Assembly (NCBI GenBank): GCA_963791045.1
Contig: CAWBQK010000017.1
Coordinates: 256,001-320,000 of the forward strand
Length of the DNA: 64,000 nt
Reading direction: 5' to 3'
From: Candidatus Latescibacterota bacterium
GTDB taxonomy: Bacteria; Krumholzibacteriota; Krumholzibacteriia; WVZY01
How positions within the stretch are numbered: the first letter of the stretch is position 1; every line of letters begins with the position of its first letter. Under the pieces are notes generated by a model that had not been told where the DNA came from, did not search any database, and saw nothing but the letters and a program-made list of their open reading frames with translations. Positions 29,519-39,338 of the stretch are shown here, one piece after another. The translations under genes and the position numbers were made by a program.

Positions 29519-30214
29519 TTGCAAAGCAACCTCCAGACAATTATCGATCAGACGGCTGTCGTGATCCCCGCGTTTAACGCGGAACGTTTCATTGCGGATG
29601 TTGTCCAACGCGTCTCGGAAATTGTTCCCAAGGAACGGGTCATCGTTGTAGATGACGGGTCGATGGACGAGACGGCGAATGCTGCGCGCAGCGCCGGCGC
29701 CGCGGTGCTTGATCATGAGGAGAACCAGGGGAAGGGAATGGCCCTACACACGGGGATACTCGAAGCGGCACGATTGGGTATGGAATTCGCCATCACACTC
29801 GATGCCGATGGACAACACAATCCCACGGAGATAAACGCTTTCGTCGAAAAGCAGGCCCAGACCGGCGCGGACATAATCGTCGGCGACCGCATGTCGGACA
29901 GGAAGGATATGCCCGGCATCCGGATTTTTGCCAATACCGCGACCTCATGGTTTTTGACCCTGAGAACGGGAACGCCGATCCCCGACTCCCAGAATGGTTA
30001 CAGAATGATCAGAACCTCCCTTTACAAAAGCCTCAAACTCAAAGCGAAAAGATACGATGCGGAGAGCGAGGTCCTCATCAGGGCGGCGAAGGCGGGCGCA
30101 AAGATCGAGTCGGTTCCAACCGAGACGATATATGGGACAGAGGTGAGCAGTGTCAATCCGGTCATCGATACACTTCGCTTTTTAAGGATGGCGGTAAAAA
30201 GTATATTTTGGTAG
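29519..30214 (+). CDS. GT2 glycosyltransferase (DPM synthase-like)
   Basis: VIPAFNAE, VDDGS.D, DADGQH, DSQNGYR. Confidence 0.9.
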   Translation: MQSNLQTIIDQTAVVIPAFNAERFIADVVQRVSEIVPKERVIVVDDGSMDETANAARSAGAAVLDHEENQGKGMALHTGILEAARLGMEFAITLDADGQHNPTEINAFVEKQAQTGADIIVGDRMSDRKDMPGIRIFANTATSWFLTLRTGTPIPDSQNGYRMIRTSLYKSLKLKAKRYDAESEVLIRAAKAGAKIESVPTETIYGTEVSSVNPVIDTLRFLRMAVKSIFW

Positions 30215-30256
30215 TATCGCCGAATTCGTAAAAGAGGCCGGTTAATCCGCACTGGA

Positions 30257-31018
30257 ATGGACCAATTGAGCAAAACGCTGTTTATAACAAACGATGACGG
30301 GTACGACGCAAAGGGCATACAGATCCTGGCGGCAGCGCTCGAAGGGGCCGGGGATCTGTTCGTCGCCGCGCCGGCATCCGAACAGAGCGCGAGCAGTCAC
30401 TCGCTAACCGTGCGGCAGCGGATTGCCACGTCCAAAGTAAAAGAAAACCATTACAAAATCGCGGGTACTCCGACGGACAGCGTTCTTCTCGGTGTTCACG
30501 CGCTTCTCGGGCGCAAACCCGATCTCGTGATTTCAGGGATAAACCACGGCCCGAATATGGGTGAAGATGTTTCTTACAGTGGAACGGTGGCCGCTGCGAT
30601 TGAGGGTACGATGCTCGGTGTTCCGTCGCTGGCCTTGTCGTCGCTGCAGCGTTCTCTTTCGAGCGCGGATGAGATCGGAAGGATAGCGAGGGTCATTGTT
30701 GATGGAGCGCTTCGAATCGGGTTGCCGGAGAACTGCCTGCTCAATGTCAATATTCCGGATCCGGATGTTGCCCCGATAAAGGGTGTTCGCATCACCAAGC
30801 TGGGGTCGCGCGCCTACGACAATTTGCTGAAAGCGGAAAAAGGCGATGACGGGAATATCTATTACACAATAGGCGGTGACGATCCCGTGTGGAAGATCGA
30901 TGACGGCACCGATATTGCCGCGGTAAGGACGGGCTATGTGTCGGTCACTCCGCTTCACCTCGACATGACCGATTACAAGTCGATCGTGGAGATGGAGCAG
31001 TGGAGGATCGAACTGTGA
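30257..31018 (+). CDS. surE: 5'/3'-nucleotidase SurE
   Basis: TNDDG, GTPTDSV, SGINHGPNMG, YSGTVAAA. Confidence 0.96.
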   Translation: MDQLSKTLFITNDDGYDAKGIQILAAALEGAGDLFVAAPASEQSASSHSLTVRQRIATSKVKENHYKIAGTPTDSVLLGVHALLGRKPDLVISGINHGPNMGEDVSYSGTVAAAIEGTMLGVPSLALSSLQRSLSSADEIGRIARVIVDGALRIGLPENCLLNVNIPDPDVAPIKGVRITKLGSRAYDNLLKAEKGDDGNIYYTIGGDDPVWKIDDGTDIAAVRTGYVSVTPLHLDMTDYKSIVEMEQWRIEL

Positions 31019-31692
31019 CCCCCAACAACTACCACATCGCCCGCGAGAGGATGGTTCGAGAGCAGCTCGTGACGAACGGTATATCGAACCCAAAAGTTCT
31101 AGACGTGATGCTCAGGGTTCCGCGGCACCTCTTTCTCGACAGCGACCTGGGTCCTCAGGCCTACAGCGATCATTCGTTTCCGATAGGGTATTCGCAAACC
31201 ATGTCCCAGCCGTTTATGGTGGCTTACCTTTCCGAACAACTGTGTTTGACGGGAGAAGAAAAGATACTTGAGATCGGGACGGGATCCGGTTACCAGGCCG
31301 CCGTCCTCGCCAGTCTGGCGAAACATATCTATACGATCGAGAGGATAGGGCCGCTGGCCGAAAAAGCGAAAACCGCCTTGGAAAAACTCGCGATCTTCAA
31401 TGTCGAGATGGCCGTTGGCGACGGGAGTCACGGGTGGCCTGAATTCGGGCCTTTCGATCGAATATTAACGACGGCGGCCGCAACGGAAGTGCCGCATGCG
31501 TTGGTTATGCAACTCTGCGATGGTGGTGTATTTCTCGGGCCGGTTTTCAATGAGGCCGGGGAACAGGAGATCGTGAGGATGACGCGGCGCGGGGATGATT
31601 TCAAAATTGAACGGTTGCGGGAGTGCACATTCGTACCGCTCATCAGCGACGAGAATACTGAGGAACTTCAAAACGACGGGAATATTGTCTAA
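31015..31692 (+). CDS. pcm: Protein-L-isoaspartate O-methyltransferase
   Basis: VPRHLF, QTMSQP, LEIGTGSGYQAA, FVPL. Confidence 0.95.
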   Translation: MTPNNYHIARERMVREQLVTNGISNPKVLDVMLRVPRHLFLDSDLGPQAYSDHSFPIGYSQTMSQPFMVAYLSEQLCLTGEEKILEIGTGSGYQAAVLASLAKHIYTIERIGPLAEKAKTALEKLAIFNVEMAVGDGSHGWPEFGPFDRILTTAAATEVPHALVMQLCDGGVFLGPVFNEAGEQEIVRMTRRGDDFKIERLRECTFVPLISDENTEELQNDGNIV

Positions 31693-32192
31693 TGTCGGAA
31701 AAACTCGCCGCTCTCTTCTCGAGCTCTCCGCATTTACTTGTCACAATTATCCTGGCGATGGCGCCCGTGTCGGAACTCCGGGGCGCAATCCCGTACGCCA
31801 TCACTATTGGTAACATGCCCTGGCAGGAAGCATATATCATCGCGGTGATAGCGAACTTTATCCCCGTCATTCCGATCCTGATCCTTGTGGGTCCATTGTC
31901 TGAATACCTTCGGCGCTGGCGTTTGTTCGACCGCTTCTTCGTGTGGTTCTTCGCCCGTGCGCGGAGAAAGGGCAAGCTCATCCAGCGTTTTGAAGTGATC
32001 GGCTTGATGCTGTTCGTGGCCATCCCGCTCCCGGTCACCGGGGCCTGGACAGGCTCAGTCGCGGCATTTCTGTTTGGCGTCCCCAAGCGGGTGGCGGTGC
32101 CGGCCATTTTCGCCGGAATCTGCATCGCAGGCGTCATCGTGACGCTCGCTTCGCTGGGAGTCATCAGTTTCTGGGGTATTGCGACCCACTAA
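31692..32192 (+). CDS. COG2426-type small multidrug-export-like membrane protein
   Basis: PVSELRGAIP and FVAIPLPVTGAWTG motifs. Confidence 0.85.
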   Translation: MSEKLAALFSSSPHLLVTIILAMAPVSELRGAIPYAITIGNMPWQEAYIIAVIANFIPVIPILILVGPLSEYLRRWRLFDRFFVWFFARARRKGKLIQRFEVIGLMLFVAIPLPVTGAWTGSVAAFLFGVPKRVAVPAIFAGICIAGVIVTLASLGVISFWGIATH

Positions 32193-32344
32193 CGGACATT
32201 TTCTCGGATTATCTGCTCTCCAGCGAAGTTACCGGTTGATAATCCAGGAAAAAGTGTTATTCTGTCTTCAGAATGCCCGGGGGGGGAGGAGTCGATCGAC
32301 AACTGGTTGTCACGCAGGGTGTTAAAAGAATGATCTCAAGGGTT

Positions 32345-32422
<78 letters not shown>

Positions 32423-32546
32423 TTTTTATTTCACCCGTATTTCCCGTGACGATTCGAAACCACCGGCGCTTTGGCCTCCTTCAGAGAACCCATCCCGCCA
32501 GGCGGTTTTGACCAGATGTTGACCGGCCGAAACGGGGGGTACGGAC

Positions 32547-33353
32547 ATCGCTGAAGACTACGACATTCAGACCCGCTACCTGCAGGAGATCAACAGGTAC
32601 ACTCTGTTGACACCTGAGAGCGAACGCGCTGTCGCAAAAAAAGTATGGGAAGGCGACGAAGCGGCAAAACGTGAACTCATCAACGCCAACCTCAGACTCG
32701 TAGTAACCATCGCCAAAAGATATGTCGGGCAGGGACTGAGCTTCCTCGATCTCGTCGAAGAGGGAAATCTCGGATTGATTCGTGCGGCGGGGAAATTCGA
32801 TTACAACAGGGGCTTTCGTTTTAGCACATACGCATCGTGGTGGATCAAGCAATCTATCACCCGGGCCATCGCCAACCAGGCGAAATCGATTCGCATTCCG
32901 ATTCATATTTATCAACTGATCAACAGGTATCTTCGTGTTGAGGATCGTTCGGGCGCAAACGCTTTTACAGAAAAAGATGCCAGTGAGACGCTGGGGATCA
33001 GTATCGGCAAGGTCCGGCTGATCAAGAATCTGATTCATGGGATCCGTTCGGAAGAGCTTACGATTACGGTCGAAGCGCTCCAGAAATTGTCAACGGATGT
33101 CCGCCACAACGCCACTCCCGAAGAACTCGTAACGGTCCAGCTCGAGAACGAAGAAGTTGCGGCTGTGATTGAAAAGCATCTGAGCGCGAGGGAGCAGGAG
33201 ATACTGAAAATTCGTTATGGACTCGAAGACGGAACACCCAAAACGCTCGCCGAAACAGGGCGAATCATTGGGGTATCACGGGAGCGAATCCGGCAGATCG
33301 AGAAGCGCGCACTCCAGAAACTCAAATTGATGATGCTGGGGGGAAAGGACTGA
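32547..33353 (+). CDS. Group-2 sigma70 factor (RpoS-like by synteny); proposed ATC start
   Basis: Region 1.2 YLQEI, ANLRLVV.IAKRY, FSTYASWWI, region 4 SRERIRQIE; lies between surE-pcm and apt. Confidence 0.85.
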   Translation: MAEDYDIQTRYLQEINRYTLLTPESERAVAKKVWEGDEAAKRELINANLRLVVTIAKRYVGQGLSFLDLVEEGNLGLIRAAGKFDYNRGFRFSTYASWWIKQSITRAIANQAKSIRIPIHIYQLINRYLRVEDRSGANAFTEKDASETLGISIGKVRLIKNLIHGIRSEELTITVEALQKLSTDVRHNATPEELVTVQLENEEVAAVIEKHLSAREQEILKIRYGLEDGTPKTLAETGRIIGVSRERIRQIEKRALQKLKLMMLGGKD

Positions 33354-33358
33354 AGAAT

Positions 33359-33880
33359 ATGTCAGTACATTTGAAGAATCATATCCGCGACATTCCAGAT
33401 TTCCCCCATGAGGGTATCCTGTTCAGGGACATCACCCCGCTTCTTCTCGACCCGAGCGCGTTTCGTGAGACCGTAGACTTGCTGTGTGCACGATACGAAG
33501 GCAAGGGCATAGACAAATTCGCCGCCATGGAATCACGCGGTTTCTTCTTCGCGTCGCCTCTTGCATATAAACTCGGGGTGGGGCTAGTGCCACTTCGTAA
33601 ACCGGGCAAGCTTCCAGCCGAGACACTGTCTGAGTCGTATGCGCTAGAATACGGCGAGGCATCGCTTGAGATCCATAAGGACGCGATCAAACCGGGCGAC
33701 CGGGTTGTCATCGTCGACGACCTTCTCGCAACGGGCGGGACGGCTGCGGCGTCGGTTGCGCTCGTCGAAAAACTCGGTGGGGAAGTAGTGGAAATCGCGT
33801 TTGTGATCGAGCTCAACGCCCTGGGAGGGCGGGCGAAGCTGGGCGAGACGCCGATGTTTTCGCTTTTGTCGTACGACTGA
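33359..33880 (+). CDS. apt: Adenine phosphoribosyltransferase
   Basis: PDFP..GILFRDITP, RKPGKLP, VDDLLATGGT. Confidence 0.97.
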   Translation: MSVHLKNHIRDIPDFPHEGILFRDITPLLLDPSAFRETVDLLCARYEGKGIDKFAAMESRGFFFASPLAYKLGVGLVPLRKPGKLPAETLSESYALEYGEASLEIHKDAIKPGDRVVIVDDLLATGGTAAASVALVEKLGGEVVEIAFVIELNALGGRAKLGETPMFSLLSYD

Positions 33881-33912
33881 TCCGGTTATTCTATTCCCAC
33901 ATATTGCTTCAT

Positions 33913-34060
33913 GTGCCCCCGTGCCCTTCGCGAGAATTTGACAGCTCAGGGTCGGTGGCTTTATTATAGCCTTTCATTGAGGTGCCCCCGTACCCTTCGC
34001 GGAAATTTGACAGCGCAGGGTCGGTGGCTCTATTATAGCCCTTCATTAAGGTGCCCCCGT
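33913..34060 (+). repeat. Tandem 69-bp direct repeat (2 copies plus start of a third), each with a promoter and the tRNA 5' end
   Basis: GTGCCCCCGT starts at 33913, 33982, 34051; units ~90% identical; each has TTGACA-18-TATTAT. Confidence 0.9.
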
Positions 34061-34129
34061 AGCTCAGGTGGATAGAGCACCGGTTTCCTAAACCGGGTGT
34101 CGGACGTTCGAGTCGTCTCGGGGGCACCA
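34053..34129 (+). tRNA. tRNA-Arg(CCT)
   Basis: GCCCCCG stem, CCGGT-TTCCTAA-ACCGG arm, GTTCGAGTC, ACCA end. Confidence 0.96.
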
Positions 34130-34260
34130 AAGTTTTCGCTGCATTGCCTCGATCGATTAACCCCCTATAGAATTGACTTTTAGAGGTGTTTATGGCACAA
34201 TAAACAAAGCTGTCACTTCTAGGTATGTTTGTCCAGCCCGCGATGAACAAGGGGGGTAAC

Positions 34261-36732
34261 GTGCAATACTGCCAACGCTTCGCGCTGATTTTTCTACCCG
34301 TTATTTTAATTCTTCTCACACCTTTCCCAGTGTTTCCGGCCGAACCAACCGCAGGGGATCTTGCAAAGATCGAGATATCGCCGAACGCTTCCGGTGATAT
34401 TTGGAATTTTGAACCTCGCGGGCGGTGGGCTTATGGCCCGTGCCAGGCGATATCCGTTGTAAGCGGATTCGCCACCGTCGCCAATGGCGCCACTTTGCAG
34501 TTTTGGGATCTCAGGAGTCCACTCTTTCCCGTGATGTACGGGGAGGTGGCGCTGCCCGCCAAAATTGAAGCGATTGATTTTGACGGAATCTGGGCGTACG
34601 TCGCCAATCACTCCGGTGGCTTGCAGATCGTGGATACAGGTGATCCAAATAACCTGGAAATATACAGCAGCCTTCCAATTCCTTTCTGGGCCATGGATGT
34701 TGAGTATGACAGTGGCTATTTGTATGTAGCGGCTGATGGTGCGGGGCTGCGAATCATTGATGTGTCCAATCCCAAGTTTCCTGCGGAAGTCGGGTTTTAC
34801 GATACGGCGGAACGGGCGGTTGGTGTTGCCTTCGCATATAACCACGCATTTGTCGCGGATTATGCAGGGGGACTGCGCGTAATCGATGTTTCCAATCCGG
34901 CCACACCGACCGAAGTGGGGTTCTACGACACGCCCGGCCAAGCGATCGATGTGTTTGTTTGGAACGAAATCGCGTATGTGGCCGATTTCTCGCAAGGATT
35001 GATTGCCCTTGATGTCTCGACCAAGTCAAACCCACTCCTGTATGGCAGTTTTCATGAAGGCGGACGCAACGCGTGGGATATACAGGTAGCCGGTCAGGTA
35101 GCCTATATTTCTAACGAATATGGCGGGCTCGATGTAGTGGACGTTTCGAACAGCGGGACCTTTCCGTTGATCCACAATTATAACCCCGGTGGCCGCATGT
35201 ATGATATCTATCTCGAAGGTACCGAGATTTTTGCTGCCTGCGATCACGATGGAGTGAAGGTCATCGATGTCGCGGGGACTCCGCCCAGTTTGGTGGGAAC
35301 GACAGATACACGGGATTTCACTTATGGAGTGGACTATTACAACGACCATATTTTTGTTGCCAACGCGGAGGATGGGCTTGTCATCATAGATGTCTCCGAT
35401 CCTGACAACCCGACGGAAGTGGCAGTTTACGACACGCCCGGTGAAGCACAGGATGTTTGGGTCAATGGGACTCCCGGCTATGTGTGTGATGGCTACGGCG
35501 GGTTGCTGCTATTGGATGTGTTTACTCCCAGCACCCCGGGCTTTGTCGGCTCATATGATTCTCCCGGCTTTGCATCGGCTGTTTACAAGAGTGGTAGCTA
35601 CGCCTACCTTGCAGACGGGTCCGACGGGCTTCGCATTGTCGATGTCGGGATCCCTCCCTCGCCCTGGGAGGACGGATATTTTGATACAGTCGGGCAAACC
35701 GAGGATGCAATTGTAAAGGGAAACTACGCGTACGTCGCTGATGGGCCCGAAGGTATCCGCGTTATCGATATCAATCCACCGGGCTCCGCTTCTGAAGTGG
35801 GGTTTTATGATTCGCCGTCCGGGTGGGCATCTGCCGTCGATATTATCGGAGACTATTTGTTTGTGGCCAACGGATCGGGCGGACTTGTAGTGCTCGATAT
35901 TAGTACGCCGACCACGCCAACTCTGGTCAATTCTATTGTGGGTGGATGGACGGGCGCTGTGGACCTCGTAATCGATGGGGATTATGTATATGTCGGAGAT
36001 CGACAACAAGGCATCAAGGTGTATTACATTGTCGATCCGACCAACCCGCTCTTTGTCGGTGAATTCGAAAACTACGATTGGTTAGAAGCGATAGCCGTCC
36101 ACGGTAACAGGGTCTTTATGGCGGAGAAGCACACTGGTGTGTCGATTCTCGATTTTATATCGCCTCCAACGCCCACTCTGGTACAGGCGTTTGACGCGCA
36201 GGCCATCGGCAGCATGGTGGAACTGCAGTGGGAGGTTGTGTCGGATGATGTGCTCAACGGGTACCGGATCTACAGGAGCACACGGGGCAGTGAAGCCCAG
36301 TCCATCAACGCGTTGGGGTTGATTCCTCCCGATGTGAATTTCTATGCGGATGGCGATGTTGAACCCGGGAATAAATACGAATATATGCTCGCCGTTGTCC
36401 TCGATGATGGAAGAGAGATACACTCGCAGCAAGTCGAGGTCGCAGTCGTTGCGGCCGCTCTTGTGCTCGACCAGAATTATCCCAACCCATTCAATCCGGT
36501 GACGACGATCTCATTCACCTTGCCGTCGGCCCAACAAGTTTCTCTATCGGTCTTCAATGCGGAAGGAAAGCTTGTTCGCACGCTGATTGATGAGACCCTT
36601 AAGGCCGGTTTCAAACAGCAGTCCTGGGACGGTCGGGATGCCGCGGGCGCGCTGGTAAGTTCCGGTGTCTACTTCTACAGACTAACTTCGGGCAAACAAA
36701 ATTTGACACGAAAAATGGTGCTCCTGAAATAG
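34261..36732 (+). CDS. Secreted LVIVD-repeat beta-propeller protein with FlgD-Ig/T9SS-like C-terminal domain
   Basis: Signal peptide; many AYVAD..GL.IIDVS.P..P..VG.YD repeats; QNYPNPFNP...WDGRD..G..VSSGVYFYRL...KMVLLK. Confidence 0.88.
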   Translation: MQYCQRFALIFLPVILILLTPFPVFPAEPTAGDLAKIEISPNASGDIWNFEPRGRWAYGPCQAISVVSGFATVANGATLQFWDLRSPLFPVMYGEVALPAKIEAIDFDGIWAYVANHSGGLQIVDTGDPNNLEIYSSLPIPFWAMDVEYDSGYLYVAADGAGLRIIDVSNPKFPAEVGFYDTAERAVGVAFAYNHAFVADYAGGLRVIDVSNPATPTEVGFYDTPGQAIDVFVWNEIAYVADFSQGLIALDVSTKSNPLLYGSFHEGGRNAWDIQVAGQVAYISNEYGGLDVVDVSNSGTFPLIHNYNPGGRMYDIYLEGTEIFAACDHDGVKVIDVAGTPPSLVGTTDTRDFTYGVDYYNDHIFVANAEDGLVIIDVSDPDNPTEVAVYDTPGEAQDVWVNGTPGYVCDGYGGLLLLDVFTPSTPGFVGSYDSPGFASAVYKSGSYAYLADGSDGLRIVDVGIPPSPWEDGYFDTVGQTEDAIVKGNYAYVADGPEGIRVIDINPPGSASEVGFYDSPSGWASAVDIIGDYLFVANGSGGLVVLDISTPTTPTLVNSIVGGWTGAVDLVIDGDYVYVGDRQQGIKVYYIVDPTNPLFVGEFENYDWLEAIAVHGNRVFMAEKHTGVSILDFISPPTPTLVQAFDAQAIGSMVELQWEVVSDDVLNGYRIYRSTRGSEAQSINALGLIPPDVNFYADGDVEPGNKYEYMLAVVLDDGREIHSQQVEVAVVAAALVLDQNYPNPFNPVTTISFTLPSAQQVSLSVFNAEGKLVRTLIDETLKAGFKQQSWDGRDAAGALVSSGVYFYRLTSGKQNLTRKMVLLK

Positions 36733-36971
36733 ACTCGCGAACCGTAGACTTATACGCTCACTAGCACGAACCCACGGTACTTCCATTAGAATTCGTCCGG
36801 GTGGTGGTGTATGCGTCCTGGCTGATGCCGTCCCTGCATCTCCCATCAGATGGGCCCCCTTCATTCGTTGTTTTGACAATGATCTGCTTTCTCTGTTAGA
36901 TTCTCTGATACTTATCCGCCTGCGTGACAGTGACCGCATCTGTCAGAATAAACCCGCAAGGAAAGCATGGA

Positions 36972-39101
36972 ATGATCGGTCGGCGAATAAAACAATACGA
37001 CATCGTCGAGGAAATCGGCGGCGGTGGAATGGGCGTTTTATACAAAGCCCTCGACACCAGGCTCAAACGCCACGTCGCGCTCAAATTTCTCCCACCCGAG
37101 TTGACGAGAGATCTTGCCGCGAAGGAGCGGTTTATCCGCGAGGCCAGGGCCGCGTCAACCATTCAACATCCCAATATCTGCACCATCCATGAGATCGACG
37201 AGACCGATGACGGCCACATGTTCATCTGTATGGAATTTTACGAAGGGGAGACGCTCGGCGAGAGGCTTTCACGAGGGCCGCTCGAGGTGGACGAGGCAGT
37301 CCGTTTTGTGATTCAGGCCGCGCAGGGACTGGCAAAGGCACATGAAGCGGGGATGGTTCATCGCGACATCAAACCGGCCAACATAATGGTGACCGGTGAC
37401 GGCCTGGTCAAAATACTCGATTTTGGTTTGGCGAAACACGGCGGCGCCTCGATATCGAAGAAAGAACCCACCGCCGGTACCGTCATGTACATGTCTCCCG
37501 AACAGGCCAGCGGCTCCGGTGTCGATGGGCGTTCGGACATCTTCTCACTCGGCGTGGTTCTCTATGAACTTCTTTCAGGTGACGCGCCATTCAAAGGCGA
37601 CAACGACGCCGTAATAATGTACTCGATCGCGAATCTCGATCCCGCCTCTCTGACGACAATTCGTGAAGACGTATCGTCCAAGCTAGACCGGGTCGTTTTC
37701 AAGGCTCTCGAGAAGGACAAGGCGCGACGATACCAGGTCGTCGACGAGTTTCTGGCGATGCTCAAAGGCTGGTTGCGGGCGCATGAGACCGGCCAAGGGG
37801 AAGAGGAGCCCGGGCAGCCGTCGATTGCCGTCCTTCCATTTGCAAACATGAGTACAGACAAAGACCAGGATCACTTCTGTGATGGGATGACGGAAGACAT
37901 AATTAACAACCTTTCGCAAATCGCGGGGCTTCGCGTCGCTGCGCGCACGTCGTCATTTGCATTTAAAGGAAAGCGAAAGGATATACGTGAGATCGGCCAA
38001 CATCTTGGGGTGGAGACGATTCTCGAGGGTGGCGTGCGCAAGGCGGGGAACCAGTTAAGGATTACCGTACAACTCATCAATATCGAGAATGGCTATCAGA
38101 TGTGGTCGGAGCGTTATGATCGTGATTTCGAGGACGTCTTTGCCGTACAAGATGAGATCGGCCGAAACATCGCGGGCGCCCTGGAAGTGCAGTTGACCGA
38201 ACGAGACGAACGGGTCCTGCAAAAAATCCAGACTCGCGACGCCGGCGCCTACGATTTCTACGTGCGGGGCAGAGAGAGTTTTCATCGGCTCGGATTGAAG
38301 CCGCTCGAACGCGCGCGAAATCTCTTCACCAGTGCCTTTATTACCGACCCCGAATATGCCCTGGCCTATTGCGGTCTCGCCGACTGTCACTCGGTTCTTT
38401 ATCTCTATTTCGACAACGACAAGACAAATCTGGAGATTGCGCTCACGGCGAGCAAGAAAGCTCTCGATCTGGCGCCGGACCTCGCGGAATCTCACGCCTC
38501 GCATGGCCTCGCTGTCACATGTGACAAACGTTATGACAAGGCGGACGAAGAATACGCTAGAGCCATCGAACTCTCTCCAAGGCTGTTTGAAGCGTATTAC
38601 TATGCCGGGCGGACGCATTGGGTGCGGGGGGACCTGGAAACGGCCGTGGAGTACTTTATCAAAGCGAGCGAGGTGAGACCCGAGGACTATCAGGCGCTGC
38701 TTCTGGCGGCCAACGCGTTCAAAAGCCTGAACCGTCCGACGGAATTCGAAGAATTGTGCCGCAGGGGGCTCGCCGTAGCGGAAACACACCTCGAATACGA
38801 GCCCGATGATACACGGGCATGGTATCTGGGCGCTCAGGCGCTGATGTGCCTTGGGGAGCGTGCCAAGGCCGTCGAATGGGTTCAACTCGCCCTGGCCCTG
38901 GAACCGAGCGATTCGCTCACACTCTATAACTCGGCCTGTGTGTACAGCGAGGCCGGAATGCTCGACACGTTCTTTGGCTACTTTGAGCAGGCGATGAGCA
39001 GTGGGTTTCTCATGAGGGCATGGATAGAAAACGATCCCTACCTTGACAACGTCAGACAGGAACCCCGATTTCAAGAACTGGTCGACAAAATGCCCTCCTG
39101 A
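36972..39101 (+). CDS. Hanks-type Ser/Thr kinase with TolB-N-like domain and TPRs
   Basis: IGGGGMG, VALK, HRDIKPAN, DFG, YMSPEQ; SIAVLPFANMS; TPR tail. Confidence 0.92.
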   Translation: MIGRRIKQYDIVEEIGGGGMGVLYKALDTRLKRHVALKFLPPELTRDLAAKERFIREARAASTIQHPNICTIHEIDETDDGHMFICMEFYEGETLGERLSRGPLEVDEAVRFVIQAAQGLAKAHEAGMVHRDIKPANIMVTGDGLVKILDFGLAKHGGASISKKEPTAGTVMYMSPEQASGSGVDGRSDIFSLGVVLYELLSGDAPFKGDNDAVIMYSIANLDPASLTTIREDVSSKLDRVVFKALEKDKARRYQVVDEFLAMLKGWLRAHETGQGEEEPGQPSIAVLPFANMSTDKDQDHFCDGMTEDIINNLSQIAGLRVAARTSSFAFKGKRKDIREIGQHLGVETILEGGVRKAGNQLRITVQLINIENGYQMWSERYDRDFEDVFAVQDEIGRNIAGALEVQLTERDERVLQKIQTRDAGAYDFYVRGRESFHRLGLKPLERARNLFTSAFITDPEYALAYCGLADCHSVLYLYFDNDKTNLEIALTASKKALDLAPDLAESHASHGLAVTCDKRYDKADEEYARAIELSPRLFEAYYYAGRTHWVRGDLETAVEYFIKASEVRPEDYQALLLAANAFKSLNRPTEFEELCRRGLAVAETHLEYEPDDTRAWYLGAQALMCLGERAKAVEWVQLALALEPSDSLTLYNSACVYSEAGMLDTFFGYFEQAMSSGFLMRAWIENDPYLDNVRQEPRFQELVDKMPS

Positions 39102-39218
39102 TCCGGTCCCACCATCACCTACAGGGTGCAACATGACAGGCACTTACGTCATCCACTTAAAGTGAGTCGGATTGAGTTTCCGTTTCATTATCGGCGAATC
39201 CAACGTTGGCCAATCCTA

Positions 39219-39234
39219 TGGCATCGGTATTGCA
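39219..39234 (+). promoter_or_regulatory. sigma54 (-24/-12) promoter
   Basis: TGGCATCGGTATTGCA with exact GG-N10-GC spacing, ~105 nt before ATG 39339. Confidence 0.7.
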
Positions 39235-39338
39235 CGTATGACTCGCGTGCAGTCTGCTGGCTGCCCAAATCAATTTTTTGCATCACTTCAGCGGCCAAAC
39301 ACCTGATGAAAGCCCCAAACTGTAATGGGAGGGACAAA

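Noticed and set aside
33913-34060. CRISPR array
   Set aside because: Whole 69-bp units are near-identical with no unique spacers, and there are no cas genes
34193-34208. sigma54 promoter (TGGCAC)
   Set aside because: No TTGC at -12
39124-39135. 12-mer GGGTGCAACATG shared with the - strand near 49924-49935
   Set aside because: A single short match, compatible with chance
38055-39143. 362-aa ORF on -
   Set aside because: Antisense shadow of the kinase TPR region
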